64,000 nt of DNA from assembly GCA_963674965.2 (NCBI GenBank), contig CAXXFL010000005.1, positions 352,001 through 416,000 of the forward strand. Reading direction: 5' to 3'. Under the pieces are notes generated by a model. That model worked only from the letters and a program-made list of their open reading frames with translations. It did not search any database and was not told the DNA's origin. A program made the translations under genes and the position numbers. Below are positions 1 through 9,789 of the stretch, one piece after another. Positions within the stretch are counted from its first letter, which is position 1, and the number at the start of each line of letters is the position of its first letter. The DNA is from a bacterium (GTDB taxonomy: Bacteria > RBG-13-61-14 > DATKZS01).

Positions 1-347
1 CCCGCGTCCTCATAGAAGGCGGCGTTGGGTCCCGCCGTGAAAAGAAGGGCGAAGCCCACTCCCGGCTGGGAGCTCCGCTCGACCTGGAATCCTCCCTCGT
101 TCCCCGAGGCGTCGGTCCAATCGATCCTGATCGAGGCGCTGGAGGACGCCGCGGCCTTCAGGTTGGCCGGAGGCGACGGGACCGAGGTCGGGCTTTCCGT
201 CTGCCCTCCCGTTTGGCCGCCCGTCTGGCCGCCGGTCTGTCCCCCTTGTCCGGTCAGGTTCTTGATCACGTCGCAACCGGAAAAGACGGACAACGAGAAC
301 GCCAGCGTGATGATGACAAGTATCCCTTTCATTGTTTTTCCATTCAT
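1..347 (-). CDS. Lipoprotein with GGQT-repeat linker and fibronectin type III-like domain (runs off window start)
   Basis: Not in the ORF track. Read manually from ATG 347 after GGAGAGGA RBS: MNGKTMKGILVIITLAFSLSVFSGC (lipobox) DVIKNLTGQGGQTGGQTGGQTGGQTESPTSVPSPPANLKAAASSSASIRIDWTDASGNEGGFQVERS. The P-x-x-P-x-NL-x-A...I-x-W-x-D...F-x-VERS pattern is FN3-like. Confidence 0.8.
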   Translation of the reverse strand, partial: MNGKTMKGILVIITLAFSLSVFSGCDVIKNLTGQGGQTGGQTGGQTGGQTESPTSVPSPPANLKAAASSSASIRIDWTDASGNEGGFQVERSSQPGVGFALLFTAGPNAAFYEDA

Positions 348-646
348 GGTTCCTCTCCAATCGTCAATGGTTGTAACTGCCAAGATACTACAACTTTTCG
401 GATCGAATTTCACGGTTTTTTTATTTTAACTCGACTCGGCCGATTAAGCCACATGCAAGAAGCCATCTCGATTCCCGCGCCATTAGGATATTTTAATCTT
501 CTCTCTTGACCTTTCGGTCCAACCGATTTATCCTATCGTGAAAATAAAATTACGTTCACCCCGGCACATAATTGCTCGACCGGAAAGGGAGGCGATCCTG
601 GACGGCCGTATAGTTCACGTGGAGGTGATATTGTCTGGGATCGAAT

Positions 647-1009
647 ATGAACTCGTCGAGAAAAAGGCGGTATAAAAGGATTCAGTACAATCTTCCAGTA
701 GGGTGCCTCGGCTCTTTCGAGGTGCTCGAGGGACGAACGAGAAACATTTCCGAGGCCGGAGTGTGCCTCGAAATGGACCGATCCCTCATCTCCGACCTGC
801 CCGTGTCGCTGATCTTCAAAATCCCCACCCGGCCCCGTCCCTTCGTGATCCCGGGCAGGATGCTTTGGATCGACAAGGACGACGACTCGGGAAAGTGCCT
901 TTGCGGGTTCGAGTACCTGTGGCTTTCAAAGGACGACCGGGAAGCCCTGCTCAGGTTCATCGGCGTCTTCAAGGACGAAAACGAAGAAACGTTCCATATG
1001 GAACATTGA
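647..1009 (+). CDS. PilZ domain protein (c-di-GMP receptor)
   Basis: RRYKR (RxxxR) and NISEAG (D/NxSxxG) motifs; 120 aa. Confidence 0.85.
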   Translation: MNSSRKRRYKRIQYNLPVGCLGSFEVLEGRTRNISEAGVCLEMDRSLISDLPVSLIFKIPTRPRPFVIPGRMLWIDKDDDSGKCLCGFEYLWLSKDDREALLRFIGVFKDENEETFHMEH

Positions 1010-1113
1010 TTCTTCCCAAGGCTCTCGCGCGCCCCGACGACCAAGCCTTGACTCAATAAAGCCGGCCCCCGGCGGGCCAGGTCGAGGATTACGGTCCTTC
1101 AAGCTGAATAAAA

Positions 1114-2031
1114 ATGAAAAACTCCGTTTTGATCATAGACGACGACGACGGCATACGCCAGGAGGTCAAAAGACGCCTGAAGGAAGCCCGTCTTTTTGAA
1201 AATTTCTACGAGTCCTCCGACGGCATCAACGGCTTCAAGCTCCTGCTCAACAAGCACGTGGACCTCATTCTCTGCGACGTGGTCATGCCCGGCATCGACG
1301 GCTTCAAGTTCCTCAGCATGAAAAGGGCCCGGCCCGAGTTCGACGACATTCCCGTTATCATGCTCACCGGGGAGGAGGACGTGAAGCTCAAGATCAAGGC
1401 CCTCGAGCAGGGGGCCTCCGATTACATCACCAAGCCCTTCCACGTGGGCGAGTTGGTGGCCAGGGTCAAGGTCCACTACAAGATCAAGCAGCTCCAGGAG
1501 GAACTTCGCGACTCGAACCGAAGGCTCGAGGAGTTGTCCAATACCGACGACCTCACCAAGATGTACAACCGAAGATACTTCATGGAGTTGTTCGAGCTCG
1601 AGTTCCAAAGGGCACAAAGATACGACGCCAAGCTAAGCTTCGTCATGATCGACATCGACGACTTCAAGGCCTTTAACGACAACTACGGACATTTAATGGG
1701 AGACCGCATCCTCTACGAGGTGGCCCAGATATTGAAAGCCAGCCTCCGCGTCCACGACATCGTGGGCCGGTACGGCGGCGAGGAGTTCGCCCTCCTCATG
1801 CCCGAGACCGACCTCAAGGGCGGCCTGGTCGTGGCCGAGCGCTACAGGAAACGGGTCGAGGAATACATGTACATCGAGGGCAACAAGGAGTTTCGGCTCA
1901 CCATCAGCCTGGGCGTGGCCGCCTTCCCCCACGAGGACATCCAGACCGTGGACGACCTCATTCGTCTCGCCGACAACGCCATGTACAGGGCTAAAAGAAA
2001 CGGAAAAAACCGGGTCGAGGTGGCCGAGTAA
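1114..2031 (+). CDS. Response regulator diguanylate cyclase (REC-GGDEF, WspR/PleD-like)
   Basis: Receiver domain (LIIDDD, ILCDVVMP, KPF), GGEEF active site and RVHD (RxxD) I-site. Confidence 0.93.
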   Translation: MKNSVLIIDDDDGIRQEVKRRLKEARLFENFYESSDGINGFKLLLNKHVDLILCDVVMPGIDGFKFLSMKRARPEFDDIPVIMLTGEEDVKLKIKALEQGASDYITKPFHVGELVARVKVHYKIKQLQEELRDSNRRLEELSNTDDLTKMYNRRYFMELFELEFQRAQRYDAKLSFVMIDIDDFKAFNDNYGHLMGDRILYEVAQILKASLRVHDIVGRYGGEEFALLMPETDLKGGLVVAERYRKRVEEYMYIEGNKEFRLTISLGVAAFPHEDIQTVDDLIRLADNAMYRAKRNGKNRVEVAE

Positions 2032-2215
2032 GCGCGAGCCCCCTTCCCCCCGCCCATGCCGCCTCGCGGCGATGAGCAATTATGGCGGGGCAATCTTCAA
2101 AAGACAATATCGCCACACAGGGCGCGGGGACCGACGCGATGGGCGCGCCTACGCCCGACCGCTTCCTTTTTGTGTCAGGAAGCGGGCAAGGCGAATGGGC
2201 GGCGTTCAATCCAGG

Positions 2216-2434
2216 CTAAGCCGTGGCCAGAAGGCCTTGGGCCCGTTCGATCTCGTTGGGAAAAAGATTTCCCGGCACGGTGCCCGGCCCCTTTTTTGTC
2301 CGCACCTGGTAGCGGGCGCAAAGGGTTTTGTCCCCCCTGCAATACTTACTTTTGTAGACTTCCGAAATCGCCGGTCTGGCCGCCATCTTGTCGTTGAAAA
2401 AGGGGCAAGCCTTCAAGTATTCGCAATCTGCCAT
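2216..2434 (-). CDS. Small Cys-rich hypothetical protein (72 aa)
   Basis: ATG 2434 with GAGGAGG RBS; MADCEYLKACPFFNDKM...YCRGDKTLCARY...LFPN; four Cys. Confidence 0.75.
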   Translation of the reverse strand: MADCEYLKACPFFNDKMAARPAISEVYKSKYCRGDKTLCARYQVRTKKGPGTVPGNLFPNEIERAQGLLATA

Positions 2435-2696
2435 GGGATTTACCCTCCTCAAAGGTTAGTGTTGCCGCGTATTCAATCAAGAATCAGGCCAAATGTAATG
2501 CCATCTTAAATGGCTGATATTATTATTATTAATCGGCAAAGCTCGGGACCGGCCATATCGTATTATACATATTTGGAACAAGATGGCGCCATTTTCGAGA
2601 AATGCCGCATAAACCGCGAGGAATTTATTTCAAGCCCCATCCATCCAGGCGCCGCCTTTTCATTTATCTTCGATCCGACTATAATTCTTCCTACTT

Positions 2697-4373
2697 ATGG
2701 CAAGCGAAAATTCCCCAAATAAAGCCGCTTCCAAATTGGAGTATGCTCTTTACGTTCCGGCCGCCCTTTTGTGCCTTGCGTTGCTGGGGGGAGGAGTGGT
2801 TTCGCGTTATTCGGCGCATCAGGTTTTCGACGACGCCTATATGTTCCAGCGCTACGCCGACAACCTGATCGAGTACGGCCGTCTTTGCTGGGACCCGGGG
2901 AAAGGACCCGTCTACGGGATGACGTCGGTGTTTCACGCCCTGGTAGTGGCCGCGTTCAGGCTGGTGACGGACGCGGACTCCTGCGCGGGACTTTTATTGT
3001 CGAGCGCCTTTTTGGGCGCGCTGTTTTTTGCGAGTCTTGCGGCTTTATTGGTCAAGCGGCTCGGGTCGCCGGCACGCGTGAACTGGACCGCCGTTATCTT
3101 CGTCTTTTGCGCGGCCGCCATGCAGTACGGCCCTCTTACCCGGCATTTTACGAGCGGCATGGACACCACGGGCGCTCTTGTTTTTCTGACCGTTTATATA
3201 TTCCTCTTGACCGGGATTAACGAGTCGTCCTCTTTGCCCAGGTCCTTCCTGACCGGGGCCTTCGGCGCCTTCGCCCTATGGGTCCGGCCCGAGCTTTGCC
3301 TATACGCCTTCATCACTCCTGTAGCGGCGTTCCTCATCGGGGGCCGAGGTACGCGAGCCAGGTACGCGGCTTTGATTTTAGGCGCCTTCGCGGCCTTGGC
3401 CATGCAAATGGCGGCCGCGAAACTCTACTTCGGATCGCCCTTGCCCCTTTCCTTTTTCTTGAAATCCAGCCGCGATTCGTACGGCCAGGCATTTTTGGCC
3501 ACTTACGCCTATTTGCCCTACCATTTTTTCTTCAAGTTCCTGACCAGTAACGCTCCACTGATATTGCCGATTATCCTGTCCTTGTTTTTATGCGCCCGGT
3601 CCTGTTTTCGCGAAGAGTCCGCCGTCGCCGTCGGTCTATTATTATCTACCTTCGCTTTTCTTTCGTACCAGCTTCTTTTCGTGCTTCAAATCATGGGGTA
3701 TCAAGCGAGGTTTTATTACCCCTGCTTCCCGGCGATAGCCTACCTGGGAGGATTGGGCGTCGTGAGACTGGAGGAGAGGCTGGGCGGCGGCGAGGGAAAA
3801 CTCGCGTCTTTTGTATCCGGAAAATTGAGGCCGATTCTAATTTCAGTGCTCACGCTTGTCATGGCGCTGCAATTAGTCCAGTCATTTCGGGCATATGACG
3901 CCGAGGGAGAACTGGTCCGCGAGTGGGGTCAGATCGATTTTCGCGTCGACTATCGCCGTTACTGGAGCGACTACTGGTTCGCCCTTGAAGAACTGGCCGG
4001 ATTGCCCGACGACGCGGTCATCGCCTCCACCGAGGTGGGCATGCTTGGAGTGATGGCTCCGAAAAAGATCATCGTCGACCTGGCGGGTCTGAATGAAACC
4101 GAGTTCGCCACCAGGGGATTCAGCGCCGATCTCCTTTTCGCCAAGTACAACCCCGATATTATCTACATGCCTCACCGGCATTACGAGGTCCTCAACCGGG
4201 AGCTTCGCGAAAGCGATTATTTCAAGTCCAGCTACGAGCTGTTCACCGCCGAGGAACTTGGGGCCAGGATGGGTATCGCCCTGCGAAAAGACTCTCGCCA
4301 CTTCGCCGCGGCCAGGAGCATAATCCGGATAAAAATGGCTCTGGCCGCTCAGGATCACCCTCCCACGCGGTAG
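2697..4373 (+). CDS. Polytopic membrane protein, probable GT-C-fold glycosyltransferase
   Basis: DDAYMFQRYADNL...GMTS loop after TM1, SGMDT and RPE motifs, many TM helices, C-terminal EVGMLG...IVDLAGLN domain. Confidence 0.65.
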   Translation: MASENSPNKAASKLEYALYVPAALLCLALLGGGVVSRYSAHQVFDDAYMFQRYADNLIEYGRLCWDPGKGPVYGMTSVFHALVVAAFRLVTDADSCAGLLLSSAFLGALFFASLAALLVKRLGSPARVNWTAVIFVFCAAAMQYGPLTRHFTSGMDTTGALVFLTVYIFLLTGINESSSLPRSFLTGAFGAFALWVRPELCLYAFITPVAAFLIGGRGTRARYAALILGAFAALAMQMAAAKLYFGSPLPLSFFLKSSRDSYGQAFLATYAYLPYHFFFKFLTSNAPLILPIILSLFLCARSCFREESAVAVGLLLSTFAFLSYQLLFVLQIMGYQARFYYPCFPAIAYLGGLGVVRLEERLGGGEGKLASFVSGKLRPILISVLTLVMALQLVQSFRAYDAEGELVREWGQIDFRVDYRRYWSDYWFALEELAGLPDDAVIASTEVGMLGVMAPKKIIVDLAGLNETEFATRGFSADLLFAKYNPDIIYMPHRHYEVLNRELRESDYFKSSYELFTAEELGARMGIALRKDSRHFAAARSIIRIKMALAAQDHPPTR

Positions 4374-5677
4374 AGGTAGCCCTCCTCCGTTCCCACCACG
4401 ATCGAGCCGTCGGGACCGATGGCGGGAGAGGAGTAGATCGAGCCGCCGGTGGGGGGCTGCCAGGAGCAGTCGTATCCACCATCGGGAAGGGTCTCGGGAA
4501 ACCGGTCTCCCGCGATGGCCGCCTCGCCAATATAAAGCTTCCAGGCCAAACGGTTGGCCTCGAGGTCCCAGGCGTATAGGCCGCCGTCGTGACGGGGCAG
4601 GATGGCGATATTTCCGGCTATGGCGGGAGAAGGGTAATGAGGGAACATGCAAAGCCCCATCGCCGCCGCGCTTCTTACTTTGCCGTCGATCAAGCCCATC
4701 TGGACCAGGTTGTTCGAGTAAGGCTCGCCGTATACCAGGAGCCCCTTGTAAACGGCCGGAGAACCGCGGAGGTTTCCGTGCGAGTCCATGGCGTCATTGG
4801 GATCGGACGCGGCCCATATAAGCGCGCCCGTGGTTTTGTCCAGCGCGAAAAGGGCGGGCTCGTCATAATAAGTGTCCCGGGCGAAGGGGATGATCAAATA
4901 CCTGGCCGCCACCGTGGGAGCGGGATAGGACTCGGCGGCAAAACCCGCGCCTTCCTGAAGATCGACCTCTCCATACCCGAGATAGGACAGCCTTCTTTTC
5001 CACCTCAGTCCGCCGTCAAGTCCGATGCGCGCCACCTCGCCCTTGGCCGTGACCGCGAAGATGGACTCGCCGTCCGAGGACGCGCCGCCCCTTATGGCTC
5101 CGTTCATCTTGACGGCCCACCTGGATTTCCCGCTCCGAAGGTCGAGGCCGTAAAGGAATCCCTCCGAGTCTCCCGTTACCACCAGGCCATTTATTATAAG
5201 AGGATTGGTGTACATCTTCTGGCCGCGCCCGATCCGCCTCCATCTTATTTTGCCCGTCGGCGCGTCCAGGGCCCAGACGGCCCCCTCGTCTCCCGTTGCC
5301 ACCACCAGGCCGTCCGCGAAGGCGACCCCATTCACGTCGGCCCTGGCCGGGCGGAACCAGACCGCCGAGCCGGAGTCAAAGTCCAGGCAGTACACCCCGT
5401 CTCCCGCGTCCGGCTCGTTCCATTTTTGCCCGCAGGTCCCGACGTAAATTTTGCCGCCCGCGATTACGGGGTTGTTAAGCCAGCTCTGAACGCCGACTTT
5501 CGTCTTCCACAACGCGCGTGGGTTCGAGACGGGACTCGCCTCGGAGGACCCTCTCCGGGCGGCGTCGCCCTGGAAGGTCGGCCAGTCGCCCGCCGCTTTC
5601 CCGGCGATCGGGAGCGTGGCGACCGAGATGAGGAGAACGGAAATTATCGTCAACCCGAGGGTCTTATTAAGCGCCAT
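4355..5677 (-). CDS. Exported PQQ-like/BamB-like beta-propeller repeat protein
   Basis: Signal peptide from MALNK (ATG 5677), WPTFQGDAARRG, repeated xALDxxTGxxxW blades, SSPAIG. Confidence 0.85.
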   Translation of the reverse strand: MALNKTLGLTIISVLLISVATLPIAGKAAGDWPTFQGDAARRGSSEASPVSNPRALWKTKVGVQSWLNNPVIAGGKIYVGTCGQKWNEPDAGDGVYCLDFDSGSAVWFRPARADVNGVAFADGLVVATGDEGAVWALDAPTGKIRWRRIGRGQKMYTNPLIINGLVVTGDSEGFLYGLDLRSGKSRWAVKMNGAIRGGASSDGESIFAVTAKGEVARIGLDGGLRWKRRLSYLGYGEVDLQEGAGFAAESYPAPTVAARYLIIPFARDTYYDEPALFALDKTTGALIWAASDPNDAMDSHGNLRGSPAVYKGLLVYGEPYSNNLVQMGLIDGKVRSAAAMGLCMFPHYPSPAIAGNIAILPRHDGGLYAWDLEANRLAWKLYIGEAAIAGDRFPETLPDGGYDCSWQPPTGGSIYSSPAIGPDGSIVVGTEEGYLYRVGG

Positions 5678-5767
5678 GTCTTTTTCCTCCCGCTGAAGCC
5701 GGCGGTTACGCGGCCACGAGTCGTCAGTGGACCGCAAAGGACAAGTTACGTTTTTCCCGAGAAGATT

Positions 5768-7009
5768 TCAACCGGGATCGGCGGGATTGGTTTCCTTGTG
5801 GTTCGAGGCGTGAGAGCACCGGCATTGTCCGGAACCGCAGGTCGGGGCCGTGTCATCTTTTCCTTGCTCGTCATGGTGGTCGTGATCGTGATGGTCATGC
5901 CCCAGATGGCAATGCCCGTCCGGGCAGGACCCGCTTTCGACCAGGCCCAGCCTGGACCCGAGCGCTCCGCCGATAGGCCTCACGGAAATGGCGATAAGCG
6001 CCGCCGCCGCCGCGACCTTGGCCCAGGCGGGAAGGAACTCCGAGGCATGGCCCGCCGCCGCCGAGGCCTCGATACCCCACGCGGCGTAAACGTAATCCAC
6101 CACCAGGCCCGAGCCCACGGCGAAGACCGCGATGGTCGTGAGATAAATGGCGGTGGCCCTCTTGCCCAACACGCCCACCAGCACCGTCAGCGACGCTAAG
6201 TTGGTGGCGGGGCCGGCGAGCAGGAATACAAGCGCGGCCCCCGGCGAGACGCCCTTTAATATCAGCGCGGCGGCGATGGGCGTCGAGGAGGTGGCGCATA
6301 TGTAAATGGGCACTCCCGCGGCCAGCATGATAAGCATGGACTGGATACCACCGCCCAGGTAGCGGCCAAGAACGTCCTCGGGGATGAGAGCCCCGATTAC
6401 GCCGGACAAAAGGATACCGATAAAAAACCAGCCGGCCAGGTCCCCCCACAACTCGCCAAAGGCGTATCGCAGGCCGGCCCTTACCTTCTCGGCCGGACCA
6501 TGGTGACGCCGATGAACGTCCGCGGGGCAGTCCACCCCGTCGCAGCAGCCGTCAACCGGGCAACTAAGGTCCGGCTTGATCGATGACGTCTCGTCGGGTT
6601 TGGATACGAAGTTCTCGATCAGGCCGGCCGCCGCGGCCGTTGCCATGGCCGCGAGAGGACGGGCAACGGTCATAATGGGATCGAGGAGAGCGTAGGTTAT
6701 CGAGATGGAATCGACCCCCGACTCGGGCGTTGCGATGAGGAAAGCCGCGGTCGCCCCGTTGTTGGCGCCCTGCCGCTTGAGGGAGGCGGCCGCGGGAAGG
6801 GCCCCGCACGAGCAAAGGGGCATGGGCACGCCTAAGAGCGACGCCTTGAGGACGGACGATACCCTTCCTTTTCCCAGGTGCTTGGCCACGGAACCCGGGT
6901 ACACGAAGACCTTGAGAAGGCCGGCCACCACCACGCCGAGGATAACGTAAGGGGCCGAGTCGGAAAGGACCCGCCACGATTCGAGCAATATTTCCCCCAT
7001 GACGTTCAT
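5768..7009 (-). CDS. DUF318/ArsP-type permease (SO_0444-like heavy-metal efflux)
   Basis: PLCSCG, FLIATPESGVDS, YICATSSTP and FLLAGPATN motifs; Cys-rich loop; His-rich C-terminal tail; follows an ArsR/SmtB gene. Confidence 0.88.
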   Translation of the reverse strand: MNVMGEILLESWRVLSDSAPYVILGVVVAGLLKVFVYPGSVAKHLGKGRVSSVLKASLLGVPMPLCSCGALPAAASLKRQGANNGATAAFLIATPESGVDSISITYALLDPIMTVARPLAAMATAAAAGLIENFVSKPDETSSIKPDLSCPVDGCCDGVDCPADVHRRHHGPAEKVRAGLRYAFGELWGDLAGWFFIGILLSGVIGALIPEDVLGRYLGGGIQSMLIMLAAGVPIYICATSSTPIAAALILKGVSPGAALVFLLAGPATNLASLTVLVGVLGKRATAIYLTTIAVFAVGSGLVVDYVYAAWGIEASAAAGHASEFLPAWAKVAAAAALIAISVRPIGGALGSRLGLVESGSCPDGHCHLGHDHHDHDHHDEQGKDDTAPTCGSGQCRCSHASNHKETNPADPG

Positions 7010-7047
7010 TTATGTGCCGCCCGCCCCTATTGATTTATCGTCCCCGT

Positions 7048-7428
7048 TCACTCCTCGTTAACGTGATCGATCCCGATTTTTATAAGTTCCTCCACGTGGT
7101 GGTCGTCCAGAGAATAATAAAGCACCTGCCCGTCCCGCCTGGTCTTGACCAGGTAAAGGTTCCTCAGCTGCCGAAGCTGGTGGCTGGCCGCCGACTCGCC
7201 TATGCCCAGGAAGGCGGCCACGTCGCACACGCACATCTCGCCTTTGGCCAGGGCCATGACGATCTTGAGCCGGCCCGGGTCTCCCAGGGTTTTGAAAACG
7301 AGGGCAAGCCGGCTGACCGTTTTTTCCGGCTCGATGTTTTTTCTCGCCTTCCTGACCCGGCCAAGGTGCACGACCCGGAAGGCGCATCCTTTTTCGTCGG
7401 TAAGGGTCTTGGCTTTTTTCCTGGCCAC
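7048..7428 (-). CDS. ArsR/SmtB family metal-sensing repressor
   Basis: GTG start 7428 after AGGAGG; FKTLGDPGRLKI, EMCVCDVA (alpha3 site), SHQLRQLR, DDHH...DHVNE (alpha5-type site). Confidence 0.92.
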   Translation of the reverse strand: MARKKAKTLTDEKGCAFRVVHLGRVRKARKNIEPEKTVSRLALVFKTLGDPGRLKIVMALAKGEMCVCDVAAFLGIGESAASHQLRQLRNLYLVKTRRDGQVLYYSLDDHHVEELIKIGIDHVNEE

Positions 7429-7440
7429 GATTCCTCCTGT

Positions 7441-7476
7441 ATATGAATATATTATCATATAATAAAATATTGTCAA
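7441..7476 (-). promoter_or_regulatory. SmtB/CzrA-type operator overlapping a sigma70 promoter
   Basis: Inverted repeat ATATGA-ATATATTA-TCATAT (TGA-N8-TCA) at 7441-7460; TTGACA at 7476-7471 with TAATAT 16 nt downstream on the minus strand. Confidence 0.75.
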
Positions 7477-7584
7477 GCGGGACGGCGCCGGCGGACGTTA
7501 AAGGGCGCCGCCCTGGAAGTATAAAAAACGGATTCGGACACAAAAGCGGGCTTTCTCGGGAGAAAGCTAAAGACCGGGGCCGCG

Positions 7585-8613
7585 TTAATCGAAGAGGTCT
7601 CGCTGGCCGGCTCGGGGGGGCTTGAGACCCAGGTGGTGGATGGCCTTGGACGTGACCTGTCTTCCCTTTTTGGTCCGGTTCACGAAGCCGATCTTGAGCA
7701 GGAAGGGCTCGACCACGTCGGCCAGGGTGTCGGGTTCCTCGTTCAGGGTGGCGGCGATGGCCTCGATGCCCACGGGACCTCCCCCGTAGTTGTCGATTAT
7801 CACCCTTAGGAACTTGCGGTCCAGCTCGTCCAGGCCCATTGAGTCCACGCCCTCGATCTCGAGGGCCTTCATGGCCACCTCGACCGTGATGCCGCCGTCG
7901 GCCTTGACCTGGGCGTAGTCGCGAACCCGGCGCAGAAGCCGGTTGGCCGTGCGGGGCGTGCCGCGGGAGCGGCCGGCCACGGGCCACAGGGCCTCGGCCG
8001 CGGCCTCCACCTTGAGGAGTCCGGCCGAGCGGATGAGGATGACGTTAATCTCCTCGGCGGGATAAAAGTCCAGGTGATGGGTGATGCCGAAGCGCTCGCG
8101 AAGAGGGGCCGTCACAAGCCCGGCCCGCGTGGTCGCCCCGATTAATGTAAAGGGCTGGATGGGCACGGGTATGGTCCTCGAGTACATGCCCTTGTCAACC
8201 ACGAAGTCGACCTTGTAGTCCTCCATGGCCGGGTAGATGAACTCCTCGACCGCCGCGTTCAGGCGGTGAATCTCGTCGATAAAAAGCACGTCGCCCCGCT
8301 CGAGGTTCGTCAGTATGCCCATCAGGTCGCCCACGCGCTGGAGGGCGGGGCCGGAGGAGCACACGAGTCTCGAGCCCATTTCCTCGGAGATGATATGGGC
8401 CAGGGTGGTCTTGCCCAGGCCGGGAGGCCCGTGAAAAAGCAGGTGCTCGAGGGGCTCGCTCCTGCCCAGGGCGGCCTCGACGGCTATCTCGAGTTTTTGG
8501 ACCACGGCCTTTTGCCCGATGTACTCGGAGAGCCGCTTGGGCCTAAGGGCCCAGCCGAACCTCTCCTCCTCGGCGCAGCCCGCGTCGCCGGAAACTATCC
8601 TGTCTACGGTCAT
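7585..8613 (-). CDS. ruvB: Holliday junction branch migration helicase RuvB
   Basis: LRPKRLSEYIGQ, GPPGLGKTT, FIDEIHR, GATTRAG, SRGTPR. Confidence 0.98.
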   Translation of the reverse strand: MTVDRIVSGDAGCAEEERFGWALRPKRLSEYIGQKAVVQKLEIAVEAALGRSEPLEHLLFHGPPGLGKTTLAHIISEEMGSRLVCSSGPALQRVGDLMGILTNLERGDVLFIDEIHRLNAAVEEFIYPAMEDYKVDFVVDKGMYSRTIPVPIQPFTLIGATTRAGLVTAPLRERFGITHHLDFYPAEEINVILIRSAGLLKVEAAAEALWPVAGRSRGTPRTANRLLRRVRDYAQVKADGGITVEVAMKALEIEGVDSMGLDELDRKFLRVIIDNYGGGPVGIEAIAATLNEEPDTLADVVEPFLLKIGFVNRTKKGRQVTSKAIHHLGLKPPRAGQRDLFD

Positions 8614-9263
8614 ACCATCCCCTTGCCGGACTCGCGGAAAGCGGCCCTCACCAACTCCTCGGCGCCCTCGATGCCCGGGTTGTTTTTAAGGGCCTTCTTG
8701 ATCATGGCCTCGGCCTCGCCGCGCTTATAACCTACCTGCGAAAGCACCAGCAGCGCCTCTTCCTCCATGTCGGACATGGGCGGCCCATCGGCCTTCGCGG
8801 CCAGGGTATCGCCCGAGGCCAGGGCCGCGAACTCGGAGACCTTCCCCTGCAAACTGGCGATGACCTTGTCAGCCGTCCGCTTGCCCAGGCCGGGAAGCAC
8901 GGAAAGCGCGCTTTTGTCGCCCTTCTCGATGGCCAGGGCCATGTTCTCGGGCCGGGCGGCCATGGCCTTGAGGGTCTTTCTCGCCCCAAGTCCCGGCACC
9001 TTGATAAGCTGGAGAAAAAACTCGCGCTCGGCGTGGCTTAAAAATCCCACCAGGCGTGGAATCATGGCCGAGGCCCCGGCCCCTCCCTCGATGTAATGAT
9101 GGATATACATCTCGAGCTCGTCGCCCACGCTTCCTCGCAGGGGTCCCTCCAGGTACGTGGGGATGAGGACCTCGTAAAATACGTTTCCCGCCTGAAGCTC
9201 GATCCTGTTCTCCGACACCGAGGCGAGCGATCCGGTAATCCTGCTTATCAAGCCGTCCTCCAT
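8610..9263 (-). CDS. ruvA: Holliday junction branch migration protein RuvA
   Basis: ISRITG N-terminus, HhH motifs VPGLGARK and LPGLGKRTA, C-terminal ALLVLSQVGY domain; between ruvC and ruvB. Exact start uncertain. Confidence 0.95.
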   Translation of the reverse strand: MEDGLISRITGSLASVSENRIELQAGNVFYEVLIPTYLEGPLRGSVGDELEMYIHHYIEGGAGASAMIPRLVGFLSHAEREFFLQLIKVPGLGARKTLKAMAARPENMALAIEKGDKSALSVLPGLGKRTADKVIASLQGKVSEFAALASGDTLAAKADGPPMSDMEEEALLVLSQVGYKRGEAEAMIKKALKNNPGIEGAEELVRAAFRESGKGMV

Positions 9264-9269
9264 TATCCG

Positions 9270-9782
9270 CTAGCCGCGCCGGCCCAAGAGGCCGCCAAGG
9301 CCCGACTCGTGGGTCACGGCGTTGGCGTGGCAAAGGGCCACCGCCAGGGCGTCGGCCACGTCGGCCGGCTCGGGCTCGGCCTCGAGGCCGAGGGCCACCT
9401 TGACGGTCCTTTGCACCTGCCGCTTGGCCGCCCGTCCGTTGCCGGTAAGGGCCTTCTTGATCTTGGTGGCCGAGTAATCGATAACGGGCGTTTGGCGAAG
9501 GGCCGCGGTGAGCAGTATGACTCCCCGGGCGTGACCCATCAATATGGCGGTGCGGGGGTGCTTGTAGTGCGAGTAAAGCGACTCGACCACGACCACCTCG
9601 GGATCGAGTCCGGCCATGACCTCGGCAAGGCCCTCGGAGAGCTCGGTCAGGCGGGAGGCCAGCCCGAGCTTTTCGTTGGTCCTTATTACCCCGGCCTCGA
9701 CGAGTCGAGTTTTGGTCCCCTCGAGCTTTATGCCCCCGAAGCCGGTGCGCCTGAGGCCGGGGTCGATTCCAAGGATGAGCAT
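9270..9782 (-). CDS. ruvC: Crossover junction endodeoxyribonuclease RuvC
   Basis: ILGIDPGLRRTG, VVES, GNGRAAKRQV, DVADALAVALCH. Confidence 0.97.
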   Translation of the reverse strand: MLILGIDPGLRRTGFGGIKLEGTKTRLVEAGVIRTNEKLGLASRLTELSEGLAEVMAGLDPEVVVVESLYSHYKHPRTAILMGHARGVILLTAALRQTPVIDYSATKIKKALTGNGRAAKRQVQRTVKVALGLEAEPEPADVADALAVALCHANAVTHESGLGGLLGRRG

Positions 9783-9789
9783 AATCCGG

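Noticed and set aside
10-509. Listed ORFs 10-360, 25-429 and 213-509
   Set aside because: Alternative frames of the lipoprotein gene starting at 347 on the minus strand
9270-9782. RuvC as a possible Cas or TnpB-type nuclease
   Set aside because: Canonical 170-aa resolvase within yebC-ruvCAB
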